From assembly GCA_963722255.1 (NCBI GenBank), contig CAVRJO010000002.1:608001-672000 (forward strand): a stretch of DNA of 64,000 nt, given 5' to 3'. How positions within the stretch are numbered: the stretch's first letter is position 1; each line of letters starts with the position of its first letter. Of the stretch, positions 50,621-61,350 are shown piece after piece. Position numbers and translations under genes: made by a program. The notes beneath the pieces were generated by a model. That model saw nothing but the letters and a program-made list of their open reading frames with translations. It had not been told where the DNA came from and ran no database searches. This stretch comes from Candidatus Babeliales bacterium (GTDB lineage: Bacteria > Babelota > Babeliae > Babelales > JANWKD01).

Positions 50621-51318
50621 TGACCAAAGTTCCTTTGCGTCGCAATATAACTCTGCACTGCAGTATGCATATGTTCTTGGGTAATATCAGGCCACAAACA
50701 ATCTAAAAAATAAAATTCACTATAGGCTGCTTGATATAAGAGGAAATTACTCAATCGCTTTACACCGCTTGTGCGAATAATGAGTTCAGGTTCTGGAATA
50801 TCACCGGTCCACAAATACTGTTTAAAAAATTCATCATTAAGATCTTCAAGGAGAACTGCACCAACTTTTATCTGTTCATAAAGCTTTTTGATTCCGCCAA
50901 TAATCTCTTGACGAGCTCCATAACAAAAAAGGAAATTAAGATTTAAATTAACGCAAGAAGAGGTTGCTTGCTCAAGCATACTCACCGTTGAAACAATTGA
51001 AGCAGGAAAAAGATCTCTATCACCAACAAAACGAACACGAACCCCATGCTCTAAAAAAAGAGCCAGCTTATTTTGAGCTTCATTAAGAAGAAGATTGAAT
51101 AAATAGTTCACTTCTTCGGTAGATCGATTAAAATTTTCAAGGGAAAAAGTATATAATGAAACATAGAGTATCTTACTTTTCAGACAAAAATCTATCACAT
51201 TTTTAAGCGCCTCTGCTCCCTTTTTATGCCCAAGAAATAGTTGCAAGCCTTGTTTTTTTGCCCAACGACGATTCCCATCCATTATAAAAGCAATGTGCTG
51301 AATCATACCGCGCTCCAT
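50617..51318 (-). CDS. uppS: Undecaprenyl diphosphate synthase
   Basis: HIAFIMDGNRRWA, FSLENFNR, IIRTSG..RLSNFLLYQ. Confidence 0.96.
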   Translation of the reverse strand: MERGMIQHIAFIMDGNRRWAKKQGLQLFLGHKKGAEALKNVIDFCLKSKILYVSLYTFSLENFNRSTEEVNYLFNLLLNEAQNKLALFLEHGVRVRFVGDRDLFPASIVSTVSMLEQATSSCVNLNLNFLFCYGARQEIIGGIKKLYEQIKVGAVLLEDLNDEFFKQYLWTGDIPEPELIIRTSGVKRLSNFLLYQAAYSEFYFLDCLWPDITQEHMHTAVQSYIATQRNFGQ

Positions 51319-51329
51319 CCTTAATCAAG

Positions 51330-52031
51330 TTATATTTTTTTTGTAATGCCAACGACGCTCATTAAAGTTTCTTTATGAGCTTGCCACATCTGCATAACCC
51401 AGTTTGAACCATAAAATATAAGCGTCATTCCTGAGGCAAATAATAATCGCTCAACAATCACAATAGGCATAAGACCTAACCAATACTCTGCAGGCATTGG
51501 GGTATAATAAAGCATGACTACTGACCCAACACCGTGCGCCAGAAAAGTAGTGCCCAGAGCTTCAGTAAATGCCATTTGTACAGGTAAAAAGTGTATTACC
51601 ACCGGAATCAACCAATACCAAGAATAGAAAAATGCCTCACGGCCCACCGGGTGTACTATAAAAAGCAGCATACAAAGCAATGGAAGGCACAACCTGATCA
51701 ACTTATTAGAACTAAACCAATAACCAGATGCAATTACAATGGGTATGTGATATACTAAAGGATTGAAAAAGCCATTTCCAGAACTATATGCTAAAGTTAG
51801 GATCTTGGATTTACTAGAAAAGCTCCTTTTGAGCATCATAAGAATAGATGTACTAAGACCACCATAATGACCTAATAACGGCCCTGTAATATTTATCGCA
51901 GAGAAAAATAATCGTTTTGAGCCTACAATAAAGCTAAATTTAATAAAGGAAGACAGCTCAAGAATCACGTACGAAGCTACAGTTTTTATCAACAGTAACA
52001 GATAATTATGAACCATAAAAGATATCCCCAT
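51330..52031 (-). CDS. Multi-pass membrane hypothetical protein
   Basis: About six hydrophobic segments; no family recognised. Confidence 0.65.
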   Translation of the reverse strand: MGISFMVHNYLLLLIKTVASYVILELSSFIKFSFIVGSKRLFFSAINITGPLLGHYGGLSTSILMMLKRSFSSKSKILTLAYSSGNGFFNPLVYHIPIVIASGYWFSSNKLIRLCLPLLCMLLFIVHPVGREAFFYSWYWLIPVVIHFLPVQMAFTEALGTTFLAHGVGSVVMLYYTPMPAEYWLGLMPIVIVERLLFASGMTLIFYGSNWVMQMWQAHKETLMSVVGITKKI

Positions 52032-52115
52032 GACAAAAATGAAAAACTACACCGCACCTTTATACTATATCATCAATGAACATCCTGAACAACTAGCAAA
52101 GAAAGGAAAAATACA

Positions 52116-52787
52116 ATGAACTACAAAGCAATAATTTTCGATATGGATGGAACGATAATCGATACTGAACATATCTGGCTGCAGGCTACACAAGACCTTA
52201 TAACATCACGAGGAGTTGATTACAAATCCGGTGACCAATGCCCTTTAACAAAACAGTTACGAGGATTAGCATTATATGAAAGTTGCCAAATCATAAAAGA
52301 TACTTTTGCGTTTAAAGATTCTGTGACCGACTTGGTCCAAGAAAAATCAAAGAATGCAATAAGTCTTTATCAGAAAAGCGTAAAATTTATAGATGGATTT
52401 CTTGATTTTCATCAACGAGTTATTCAAAAGAATTTAAAAAATGGGATCGCTACTAATGCCGATGATGCAACGGTTGCCATAACAAATAAAAGCCTTAATT
52501 TGGAAAAATTATTTGGGCAACATATTTATGGTATCTCAAAAGTTAACAATCTTTGTAAACCTAATCCTGCTATTTATTTATATGCTGCTTGCCAATTAGG
52601 TATTGATCCTGAAGATTGTATCGCTATTGAAGATTCTGAACATGGTATACGAGCAGCAAAGAGCGCTGGCATGTTCTGCATTGGAATAAATTCAAGCAAT
52701 AATCGCAACTACATAAAAGAATCAGATTACATCATCGACACGTATCAAGAATTGGATTTAGAAAAGATTCTTACTAAAAAACATTAG
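52116..52787 (+). CDS. HAD-IA phosphatase (beta-PGM-like)
   Basis: FDMDGT, ATN, KPNPAIY, IEDS..GIRAAKSAGM. Confidence 0.92.
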   Translation: MNYKAIIFDMDGTIIDTEHIWLQATQDLITSRGVDYKSGDQCPLTKQLRGLALYESCQIIKDTFAFKDSVTDLVQEKSKNAISLYQKSVKFIDGFLDFHQRVIQKNLKNGIATNADDATVAITNKSLNLEKLFGQHIYGISKVNNLCKPNPAIYLYAACQLGIDPEDCIAIEDSEHGIRAAKSAGMFCIGINSSNNRNYIKESDYIIDTYQELDLEKILTKKH

Positions 52788-52824
52788 TAACAACCACTAT
52801 AAACTATTCTTATAGAACTATTTT

Positions 52825-53214
52825 TTATAGTTTAAAACTTATATACAAAAGAAGTATATTGAGTAGATACATCGTTGTACACAAGAGACAAAATGTTCTA
52901 AGTTTATAATAAAGAATATAAGCATAGATACATGAGCCAATAAATCCAACGCAAGAAAAAAGCATAAGTACTAATTTTGCATCAAGAAGTGCAGCAAGTG
53001 CAATTAAAGCATAAAAGCCCATCGCTAATGCTGCATTAGAAAAATAAAAAAGCGAAGCATACTTACTTTTCATGGGCTTCGTACACGAAACCATATCAGA
53101 AAGATCACACACAGGTTTATAAGAAGGGTTTATTTTAATTTTTTGTTCTAATCTATAGGTATATGCAGCAATTGAAAACCCAATAAGTGCGATCAGAAAT
53201 ATAGAAATTATCAT
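52825..53214 (-). CDS. Vitamin K epoxide reductase (VKOR) family protein
   Basis: CDLSDMVSC loop cysteines, SNA..G, CLLC active site. Confidence 0.85.
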   Translation of the reverse strand: MIISIFLIALIGFSIAAYTYRLEQKIKINPSYKPVCDLSDMVSCTKPMKSKYASLFYFSNAALAMGFYALIALAALLDAKLVLMLFSCVGFIGSCIYAYILYYKLRTFCLLCTTMYLLNILLLYISFKL

Positions 53215-53376
53215 ATACTCCTCTTTTTTTTATACGAATGCATAACTTCTAGAATGCATCTTCATGCATCCAAATACAAGATTTTTACTATATCTGCGTA
53301 AAATCTTTAATTTATATCTCATATCATTGTATTCTAGCAAAGGGACAATTTTTATAGGTAGAGGGGTATTATCACC

Positions 53377-54039
53377 ATGAATACTAATGTGAAAAATTCT
53401 GAACGAACACAAGACGAAAAAAAAATTTTTGTTTTTGATCTGCATGATGTTCTTTTTAAGAGAAGCTATTGGGATACATTTAAACTTTGTTATGCCATTA
53501 AAAATAAATTTCAATTATTTCGGATTTTATGCAATCCATTGTATCTCTACGATGCTTTTAAATTACTCTCTATAACGCGCGTAAGCGAAGCTTATCTTGT
53601 AAAATTGGCTGAAAAACATCCCAAGTTTAATCCATTTGTTGAAACAATTATTGATATCACTAATGCAATAAAACCAATTCCTCATATGTTTGAATTGGTT
53701 ACAATGCTTAAGAAAAATGGATCCAAAGTATATATTTTTTCAAATATTGGAAAAAAAACATTTGAAAAACTTAATGATTCCTATAATGATCTCTTTGAGC
53801 AGTTTGATGGTATACATTACGTCGAATCAACCAACGATTGGCTTGCAAAACCACAGGTGAATGCCTATAGATTATTTTTACGTAAATTTAATATTAACCC
53901 TGAATCTATGATTTTTGTTGATGATAAAAATAAAAATGTAAAAGCGGCACATGCTTTAGGCATTACCGCTTTCATATATAAATCAACCTATCAATTAGTA
54001 GATGATATCCAAAAACTAGATATTACTTTTGGAATATGA
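53377..54039 (+). CDS. HAD-family hydrolase
   Basis: VFDLHDVL, FSN, KPQ, FVDD..NVKAA. Confidence 0.8.
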   Translation: MNTNVKNSERTQDEKKIFVFDLHDVLFKRSYWDTFKLCYAIKNKFQLFRILCNPLYLYDAFKLLSITRVSEAYLVKLAEKHPKFNPFVETIIDITNAIKPIPHMFELVTMLKKNGSKVYIFSNIGKKTFEKLNDSYNDLFEQFDGIHYVESTNDWLAKPQVNAYRLFLRKFNINPESMIFVDDKNKNVKAAHALGITAFIYKSTYQLVDDIQKLDITFGI

Positions 54040-54056
54040 TTGAAAAAAGCTCACCA

Positions 54057-54725
54057 TTAGCCACAAACTTCGCAATGCTCCTTTAGCAACTTCAATGCTT
54101 CATCAATATCGTTGGTAATTTGAATTAAATCCAAATCTGCTTGAAGAATTAAACCTTGCTTAAGAGCAAAATCGCGAAGCCATTGCATATAAGGAGCCCA
54201 ATAATTTTTTCCAATTAATACAATTGGAACACCTGCAAGTTTTTTTGTCTGCATCAAGGTCACTACTTCACCAAACTCATCAAGAGTCCCAAAACCACCA
54301 GGAAAAAATGCGAATGCAACGGCATATTCAACCATTAACCACTTACGAACAAAAAAATAATCAACAATTATTCTTTCTTGGGCACATGTATTAAATGGTT
54401 CTTTTTCTAAATCTTTAACGGTAATTCCTATTGACCGTGCAGAAGTTTTTTCAGTTTCTGCATGCGTTGCCCCGCAATTTGCAGCCTCCATTACACCGCC
54501 TCCACCGCCGGTAATTACTGAAATATCATGCTCAATAAGCAAAGAAGCTAAATCATGTGCAGTGCCAGCATAATGGCTTGTCATTTTTAATTTTGAACCC
54601 CCAAATATAGAAACAACGGGACCGGGTAAATTATTAATTTTCCAAATCCCTTTCATTAGTTGAAACATCGATTTTATTATACTTATATAAACAGACCAAT
54701 AAAATGATAATTTTTTTTTAGACAT
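54057..54725 (-). CDS. LOG/TIGR00730 family protein
   Basis: ITGGGGGVMEAAN, FFVRK, PGGFGTLDE. Confidence 0.9.
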   Translation of the reverse strand: MSKKKLSFYWSVYISIIKSMFQLMKGIWKINNLPGPVVSIFGGSKLKMTSHYAGTAHDLASLLIEHDISVITGGGGGVMEAANCGATHAETEKTSARSIGITVKDLEKEPFNTCAQERIIVDYFFVRKWLMVEYAVAFAFFPGGFGTLDEFGEVVTLMQTKKLAGVPIVLIGKNYWAPYMQWLRDFALKQGLILQADLDLIQITNDIDEALKLLKEHCEVCG

Positions 54726-54877
54726 AGCTATTTTCCTTACTACTTTTAATGATGCTTTTCGTTTCTTTTATGACAAAAAACGTACGCAAATGTAAAGAAA
54801 AATAGACTCAATTAAAATCACGTGTTATAAAAAATAACATACATAAGTAAAGAACAATCCCAATAAATGTATGAGTA

Positions 54878-55729
54878 ATGAATTCTAAACAAATAATTTT
54901 CTTTATCCTTTTGTTTTGCTTCAATAGTATCAAAGCCCAGCGTGGTTCAGCGTTGCCGTATACAAGTGGTCCTGGACCTCTTTTTAGCTTTGGGCTGAAC
55001 ATTCAACCTAAAAAAAGTTTTGTTTATAGACAAATCTATGCACTCGATGAAAGAAATTTAGAGTCAAGATTGATCATGCATAACCATCTTTATTATGGCC
55101 TTTCTGATCATTTTACTTTCATTATAAAGCAACCTGTAATACTTAAACGAAGAACAAGCGGAAAGCATTCTCGAGGCTTAGGAGATTCAAGGTTTGAGAT
55201 CGAATCAATTCCCTATGTATATCAAATTGATGACGAATTCCGGTTTAGAATCACAACGGTTACCGGAGTCATTCCACCTACAACTACATCAAAAGCAGTT
55301 ACACAACTAACGTTGCATTCAAATAGTTATTTTCTAGGGGTGACTCAAAGTAATACAACACCAAGAATTTTTCAATATGGTGGAATAGGTATCTTTATTC
55401 CGACCACAAAAAATAAAATGTATTATGGCTGTAGATTATATTATGAACTTGGTTTTGCTCATGCAATCATAAACAATGACACCTTATTTTTTGGCGTTGA
55501 TTTTGAAATGAGCGGTGAATATCAACAATCGCGCCAAATAAATGGAATACCAGATTTCACAACGGGTAGTAATATGATTTTCTTTGGGCCCACAGCACGT
55601 ATATCAACCGAACACTTCATTGGGCAACTTGGTATGCAATACCCATGGATTCGCCACGTAAAAGTTGTTAATCCAAATAAAACTAACTATAGACTTTCAG
55701 TTGCCGGAGCATTTCATTATCAATTTTAA
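54878..55729 (+). CDS. Putative outer-membrane beta-barrel/transporter (paralogue 1)
   Basis: Signal peptide; YYGL..GLGD..PT motifs; terminal YQF. Confidence 0.65.
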   Translation: MNSKQIIFFILLFCFNSIKAQRGSALPYTSGPGPLFSFGLNIQPKKSFVYRQIYALDERNLESRLIMHNHLYYGLSDHFTFIIKQPVILKRRTSGKHSRGLGDSRFEIESIPYVYQIDDEFRFRITTVTGVIPPTTTSKAVTQLTLHSNSYFLGVTQSNTTPRIFQYGGIGIFIPTTKNKMYYGCRLYYELGFAHAIINNDTLFFGVDFEMSGEYQQSRQINGIPDFTTGSNMIFFGPTARISTEHFIGQLGMQYPWIRHVKVVNPNKTNYRLSVAGAFHYQF

Positions 55730-55827
55730 GGCCTTTCAAAAAAAGATTTTAATTGAAAAATCATCCATTCTTTTTTTAGACTAATGCTATTAAAAAAAGT
55801 TTAGTATGAAAGAAAGGAATTAGCTCA

Positions 55828-56991
55828 ATGAAAACAAAAATGGCTTTGGTACAATTTTGTATACTCTTAATAACATCAACTGCAACGACCTGTATAACAC
55901 AAGATGTTGATTGGGCGATTATTGGAGCTGGCCCTGCCGGCATAAGTGTTGTTGCATTACTTTTAGAACTTGGTGTTTCTGGAGAGAATATTGCTTGGAT
56001 CGATCCTAAATTTAATGTAGGAAGATTGGGCGAATCTTATGGTAATGTGCCAGCCAATACACAAACAAAATACTTTATTGAATTTATTACTTCATGTAAA
56101 ACTTTCCAAGAATCTCATTCACCCTACATTGAAAAATTATATTCCTACAATCCTGATCTTGAATATTCCTTACAAATCATCGTTGATCCACTGCGCGATA
56201 TTACACACCATATACAAAAACGAGTAGTAACAATCCAAGATAGTTTACAATCATTAGATTTTAATAATGATCTATGGCACATAGGAACTTCTCAAAAAGA
56301 AGTCACAACCTACAATGTTGTATTAGCAACAGGATCGCATCCACGAACATTAAACTATTCAACAGATGCCCTACAAATTCCTCTTGATCTGGCTCTTGAT
56401 AAAACATTGCTTGCAGAAAACATAACTGCACATGATTCAGTTGCCGTTGTAGGAAGCGCTCATTCAGCTATTTTAATTTTAAAATATTTGACTGAATTAC
56501 CTATAAAAAGAATCATAAATTTTTACAGCAGACCATTGCAATATGCAGTACCAAATCCAAGCGGTTTAATTAATGAAGAAAATGGACTTAAAGGAGTCGC
56601 TGCTCGATGGGCATTAGAAATACTTGAGAAAAATCCTCCTGCTAATCTTATACGCATTCATAATAAACCAGAAGCATTAGATGCATGGCTTCCTATATGT
56701 AACAAGATAGTTTATGCCGTGGGCTATGAGCGCAATGATCTTCCTGCAATTAATGGTGTCGAAAAACCATATAGCAATTACGATTCATCATCGGGAATCA
56801 TTGCTCCTCGACTTTTTGGCATCGGTATTGCATTTCCTGAAAGGATTCCTGATTTTGAGGGCACAGAACAATATGGTATCGGATTGAACAACTTCATAGA
56901 ATATGCACAACGAGTGCTTCCCGCTTGGATGAAGAAAAAGTATATACAGCTCATGAAGTTTGCTGATTTATTTAGCATAACTTCGTTATAG
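55828..56991 (+). CDS. FAD-dependent pyridine nucleotide-disulfide oxidoreductase-like protein
   Basis: IGAGPAG, LATGSHP, VGSAHSA, YAVGY; N-terminal signal-like segment. Confidence 0.8.
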   Translation: MKTKMALVQFCILLITSTATTCITQDVDWAIIGAGPAGISVVALLLELGVSGENIAWIDPKFNVGRLGESYGNVPANTQTKYFIEFITSCKTFQESHSPYIEKLYSYNPDLEYSLQIIVDPLRDITHHIQKRVVTIQDSLQSLDFNNDLWHIGTSQKEVTTYNVVLATGSHPRTLNYSTDALQIPLDLALDKTLLAENITAHDSVAVVGSAHSAILILKYLTELPIKRIINFYSRPLQYAVPNPSGLINEENGLKGVAARWALEILEKNPPANLIRIHNKPEALDAWLPICNKIVYAVGYERNDLPAINGVEKPYSNYDSSSGIIAPRLFGIGIAFPERIPDFEGTEQYGIGLNNFIEYAQRVLPAWMKKKYIQLMKFADLFSITSL

Positions 56992-57023
56992 CAACTCTTG
57001 GATTTTTTTCAATTATATGAAGC

Positions 57024-57872
57024 TCAAAATTTATATGCACCAAAAATACCTGCTATATAGTTAATATTGTCTTTATTAACTCTTGCATGGTGTGATACTA
57101 CATATTGAATACCCCCTTGAATAAGAAAATTTTTGCGAAAAAATCTAAAGCTCGGTCCAACAAGAAGAAAATTTTCTCCTGTGGTTAAATCAGGGATACC
57201 ATTAATTTTATCTGGACGAGAATAATAATCACTGCATTCAACTAAAATGGTAAAAATATTGTCGCCCTTGCAAAATATTGCACCGCCTCCTATATCAAAA
57301 GATAAAATAGTACCAAATTGAATCTGATGGTGTTTGAGATTAATAAGTGCTCCAAAATTAGAATAACAATACAAACTTCGTATCATTGCATCTTGTGTTA
57401 TACCTAAAAAAAAGCTTGTAGTGGGAAAATTGAAGAATATATTTTCAGTTACGGTTGTGGTTGGAAACTGGATTCCACTGCTACCAATAATTCTATAACG
57501 ATAGTCATCGGTTTCATTTTTATAAAATTTATAATTAGCTTGTATATTAAGATCACCTAACCCTGTTTTTTTCCCGGGCACTTCTGGTTTTTGGCTCACA
57601 ATTGGTAAGATAGCCAAAAGTGTTATTTCATTTGTTAAACCATAATATGCTTCTGTATATGCAATAAATGCAGAATGAGGTTTTTGTTTAATAAAAAGTA
57701 TTTCCTCAGCTAAAACGAAAGCCTTTTTTGGTAATACCGAATAATCAAAGCTAAAAAAAGGGCTTATGCCTTCCGGTGGAAGTTGATCACATCCGGATTG
57801 GATAAAACTCTGGAGAATAAAGAAACTAAGAAAAATAATAGATCTAACAATGGTATGTAAATTTTTGTTCAT
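57024..57872 (-). CDS. Putative outer-membrane beta-barrel/transporter (paralogue 2)
   Basis: Shares PFFSF..PKK.FV, YYGL, GLGD and INGIPD.TTG.N with 54878-55729; terminal YKF. Confidence 0.65.
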   Translation of the reverse strand: MNKNLHTIVRSIIFLSFFILQSFIQSGCDQLPPEGISPFFSFDYSVLPKKAFVLAEEILFIKQKPHSAFIAYTEAYYGLTNEITLLAILPIVSQKPEVPGKKTGLGDLNIQANYKFYKNETDDYRYRIIGSSGIQFPTTTVTENIFFNFPTTSFFLGITQDAMIRSLYCYSNFGALINLKHHQIQFGTILSFDIGGGAIFCKGDNIFTILVECSDYYSRPDKINGIPDLTTGENFLLVGPSFRFFRKNFLIQGGIQYVVSHHARVNKDNINYIAGIFGAYKF

Positions 57873-58053
57873 CTGTTTTACTTTGGATATGATTTTTTTG
57901 AATTTTTAAAAATCATTTTTACCATAACATAAAAATGAAGAATTAAAAGCAGATTAGAAGAATTATTCCTTGCGTGCGGGCCTTTTGCGCACTGTAGCCA
58001 TTTTTTCAAGAATACCTGAACAGCATAGTAGTTTTCTATTTGGTTTTGCAGCA

Positions 58054-58173
58054 TCAGCCTATTTTTAACCTCACCTGAGCTTGATCAAATTCTGAAGTAC
58101 CATAATGCAATTGTGTAAAAAGCTCTTCGAGTTTTTTAAGAAATTTATCTAATTTGATTTTTTTAAAAATCAT
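58054..58173 (-). CDS. Putative small ORF (39 aa), copy 1
   Basis: MIFKKIKLDKFLKKLEELFTQLHYGTSEFDQAQVRLKIG; same frame as copy 2, with mostly synonymous differences. Confidence 0.35.
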   Translation of the reverse strand: MIFKKIKLDKFLKKLEELFTQLHYGTSEFDQAQVRLKIG

Positions 58174-58226
58174 ACTATGTTTATATTTGTATTATAGGCT
58201 AAACTAATAACTTTGAAATCAAAATA

Positions 58227-59726
58227 ATGAAAAATACAATAATAATCCTACTTGCAGTTTCACTTAACATTTCAACATATGCAATGGAAAGACAATCAAA
58301 TCCTCCCAAAAGAAACAAGGATGAAACAAAACCTCCTTCATTCGCGCATCTAAGCCCCAAAAGCCTTGTTGATACCTGCCTAAAAACTTATTCTGATGCA
58401 ATTAAACAATGCATTGATCCCAAAGCACCTTTTGAAAATATAGAGGTGATTAAACAAGCGATTGCAGTAATTCAAATTCTTAATAATGATAGCCTCACAG
58501 AGAAGTTATTAAATCATCTTCATGAAAATACTCAACCCATTTGGAGAAAATACATAAGATTACACAGTAATATACTATCATTTGTCGTCGCCGATGATCC
58601 TGTAACATTACCATTTTTAGAACAAACTACCGTAAGTTGGCTAGAATGCGAACAAAATGATTTTTTTCATTATTCAAATATATCAAAACCTAAATTAACC
58701 CATTCTTATGAATTACCTGAGGGTTACGATGACAACAGGGGCTTAATCATTACTCCTGATCAACGATATACTGCGATTGCTCACCTTAATGAACTTTTTT
58801 TATTTGATATGATCAATGAAAATCAAACTATTTACTATGCACCTAAACCAATAGAATCATTGGCATTTTCGCCTGATGGTACCGGTTTTCTTGGCCTTCG
58901 CGATGGATCATGCTCTTTTGTAAAAAAAGATACTAATGACATGTATGTAATTGAAAATCTAAATCATTTTTTTTCAGAACCAATTCGTGCACTAGAACTC
59001 AGTTCAGATGGTTCTGTTCTTGTGCTATCAGATGGAAAATCCATAGCAATTTGTTATCAAAAAGACAGTTATGCAGTCAAACACACTCTTACATTTCCTC
59101 ACTTATTAGAATATACGCAAGGAGCTCAAGGCTGCTCAATAAAGGGCCTTAAGTTATCGCCAGATTCTTCCCTATTAGCCATTAACCTTAAGCAAACAAA
59201 TAGATCGCTCATTTATGATTTCGTTCATAACAGTTCAATAATTTTATCACAACCGGTCATCAAAATTGATCATGCCAATAGATGCATATGCACACGATTT
59301 GCTATTTATCAAGGAGATAACGAAGATGACGAAGATGATAAGTATCAATCATGCCTTTTAGATTATGTTGTACCCAATTGTTCTGACAAAAGTTATTTAA
59401 GTTCATCTTATGTTTTGCCAAAAGATAGTATGTGCTTAGTTTCGTATCAAAAGAGTGCAACAGTAAATCCATTATCAATTGTAATACAAAAAAGAGGTAA
59501 TGCAGAACCTTATCTTCTCTTACAAAAAAGAGTAAATCTTAAAAAACTCTTATATCTTATTGCACTTAACAAAGCGTCCAAAGAAGAACTACAAGCACTA
59601 AAAGAAATGCAAACAGCAAACCAAAGTCCTTTTTTAAAATTATTTAAAAAGCCTCAATGTGATAATGTCGTAAAGCAATATATTAATCATCGATTGAAAC
59701 AATTTGAGCAAAAAGGTTCAGAGTAA
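58227..59726 (+). CDS. Secreted WD40-like beta-propeller protein (paralogue 1)
   Basis: Signal peptide ..STYA then MERQ; IESLAFSPDG, IRALELSSDG and LKLSPDSS repeats. Confidence 0.75.
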   Translation: MKNTIIILLAVSLNISTYAMERQSNPPKRNKDETKPPSFAHLSPKSLVDTCLKTYSDAIKQCIDPKAPFENIEVIKQAIAVIQILNNDSLTEKLLNHLHENTQPIWRKYIRLHSNILSFVVADDPVTLPFLEQTTVSWLECEQNDFFHYSNISKPKLTHSYELPEGYDDNRGLIITPDQRYTAIAHLNELFLFDMINENQTIYYAPKPIESLAFSPDGTGFLGLRDGSCSFVKKDTNDMYVIENLNHFFSEPIRALELSSDGSVLVLSDGKSIAICYQKDSYAVKHTLTFPHLLEYTQGAQGCSIKGLKLSPDSSLLAINLKQTNRSLIYDFVHNSSIILSQPVIKIDHANRCICTRFAIYQGDNEDDEDDKYQSCLLDYVVPNCSDKSYLSSSYVLPKDSMCLVSYQKSATVNPLSIVIQKRGNAEPYLLLQKRVNLKKLLYLIALNKASKEELQALKEMQTANQSPFLKLFKKPQCDNVVKQYINHRLKQFEQKGSE

Positions 59727-59743
59727 TCATAAATAGTATTACC

Positions 59744-59902
59744 TCAAAAAGGCAATAGAATATTCATTTTAGGCTTGTTGGAGTTTTCGTATAAACTCTT
59801 AGTTTGCGCTTGATCAAATTCTGACGTTCCATACTGCACTTGCGTAAAACGCTCTTCAAGTTTTTTTATTAGACTCTCAAATTTGATTTTTTTAAAAATC
59901 AT
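59744..59902 (-). CDS. Putative small ORF (52 aa), copy 2
   Basis: MIFKKIKFESLIKKLEERFTQVQYGTSEFDQAQTKSL...PF. Confidence 0.35.
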   Translation of the reverse strand: MIFKKIKFESLIKKLEERFTQVQYGTSEFDQAQTKSLYENSNKPKMNILLPF

Positions 59903-61350
59903 ACTATGTTTATATTTGTATTATCAACTAATCTAAAAATTTTAAAATCAAAACAATGAAAAAAACAATAATAATTCTACTTGCAGTTTTGCTTAACATT
60001 TCAACATATGCAATGGAACAATCAGATCATCCCAAAAAAAGCAAGGTTGAGAAAGACCCTGCAATGCCAATACAAAATCCCAAAAGCCTTGTTGATATCT
60101 GCCTAAGAACCTATTCAGGAGCAATCAAGCAAAGCATTGATCCCAAAACACCATTCAAAAATGCAGATGCAATTAAACAAAAAATTATTGCTGTAAAAAA
60201 TCTTAACAACGATGCTCTCATGCAAAAACTTTCAACTTATCTTCACGAGAATACGCAACCAATCTGGCGAAGCATTATGCAATTAGGAACTGATGGTGAT
60301 GAAGATATGGGTTCCTTATCAGAACAAATGGTATTTAGCAATAATACTATTGCATGGGGCTATAATGGCTCTATTACCTATCTAAACATAAAAAATTCAA
60401 GATTAACACATTCTTATAAACTTCCTGATGAATTCGAAGCTTGCCAATGTATAGGCTTGACTCCTAATGAACGATATATTACTACAACAAATAAGTGTAA
60501 TCTTTTTTTATATGACACGCAAACCGGCTCTCATAGTGTCTATAGTGCCCCAAACTTCATAACTGCTTTCACATTTTCATCTGATGGGATCGCATTTCTT
60601 GGTCTTTATGATGGCTCATGCTGTTGTGTAAAAAAAGACAAAGCCAATAAACTTACGTTAGTAGATCAAATTTCCTATTTTTCTCAACCAATTCGCATTG
60701 TTAAATTTGGTCCAGACGGCTCAACATTATTTATATCCGATGGCAAAACTATAGCCTTAAGTCACAAAACTGACAATTATAAAATTATAACTCCTCTAAA
60801 AATACCAAAATTAAAAGGCCATATTGAGGGTAGTTCAATTAAAAATATTGTTATTGCCCCAGATTCATCATTTTTAGTTATTAATTTTTATAAATTCTCC
60901 TCATCACTTGTATATAATTTTACTCATAAGCGTTCTATGAAATTACCTGAGCGCATTATTACAATCGACCATATCAACAGATGCATTAGCGCGAATTTTA
61001 CTTACAAAGATGGCGATGAAAATGATGATGGTGGGCGAGCATGTCAATTAGATTATGATATGCCCACTAATTGGGTTAAAAGCGGAGACTATTCAAATTC
61101 AACGTATCTTTTACCAAAAGACTGTGTATGTTCAGTAGTATACCAAAATAATAGAACAGGAAGTCCAAAATCGGCAGTAATAAGACAAAAAGACGATGAA
61201 CCTGCCCATTTGCTGGTACAAAAAAATGTTAATCTTAAAGAACTTATATATCTTATTGCACTAGATGAAGCATCATATGAAGAGCTTCAAGCATTAAAAA
61301 AATTACAACAAACAAAAAAAGGCTCTCAAGAAAAACGACCTATTTTAAAG

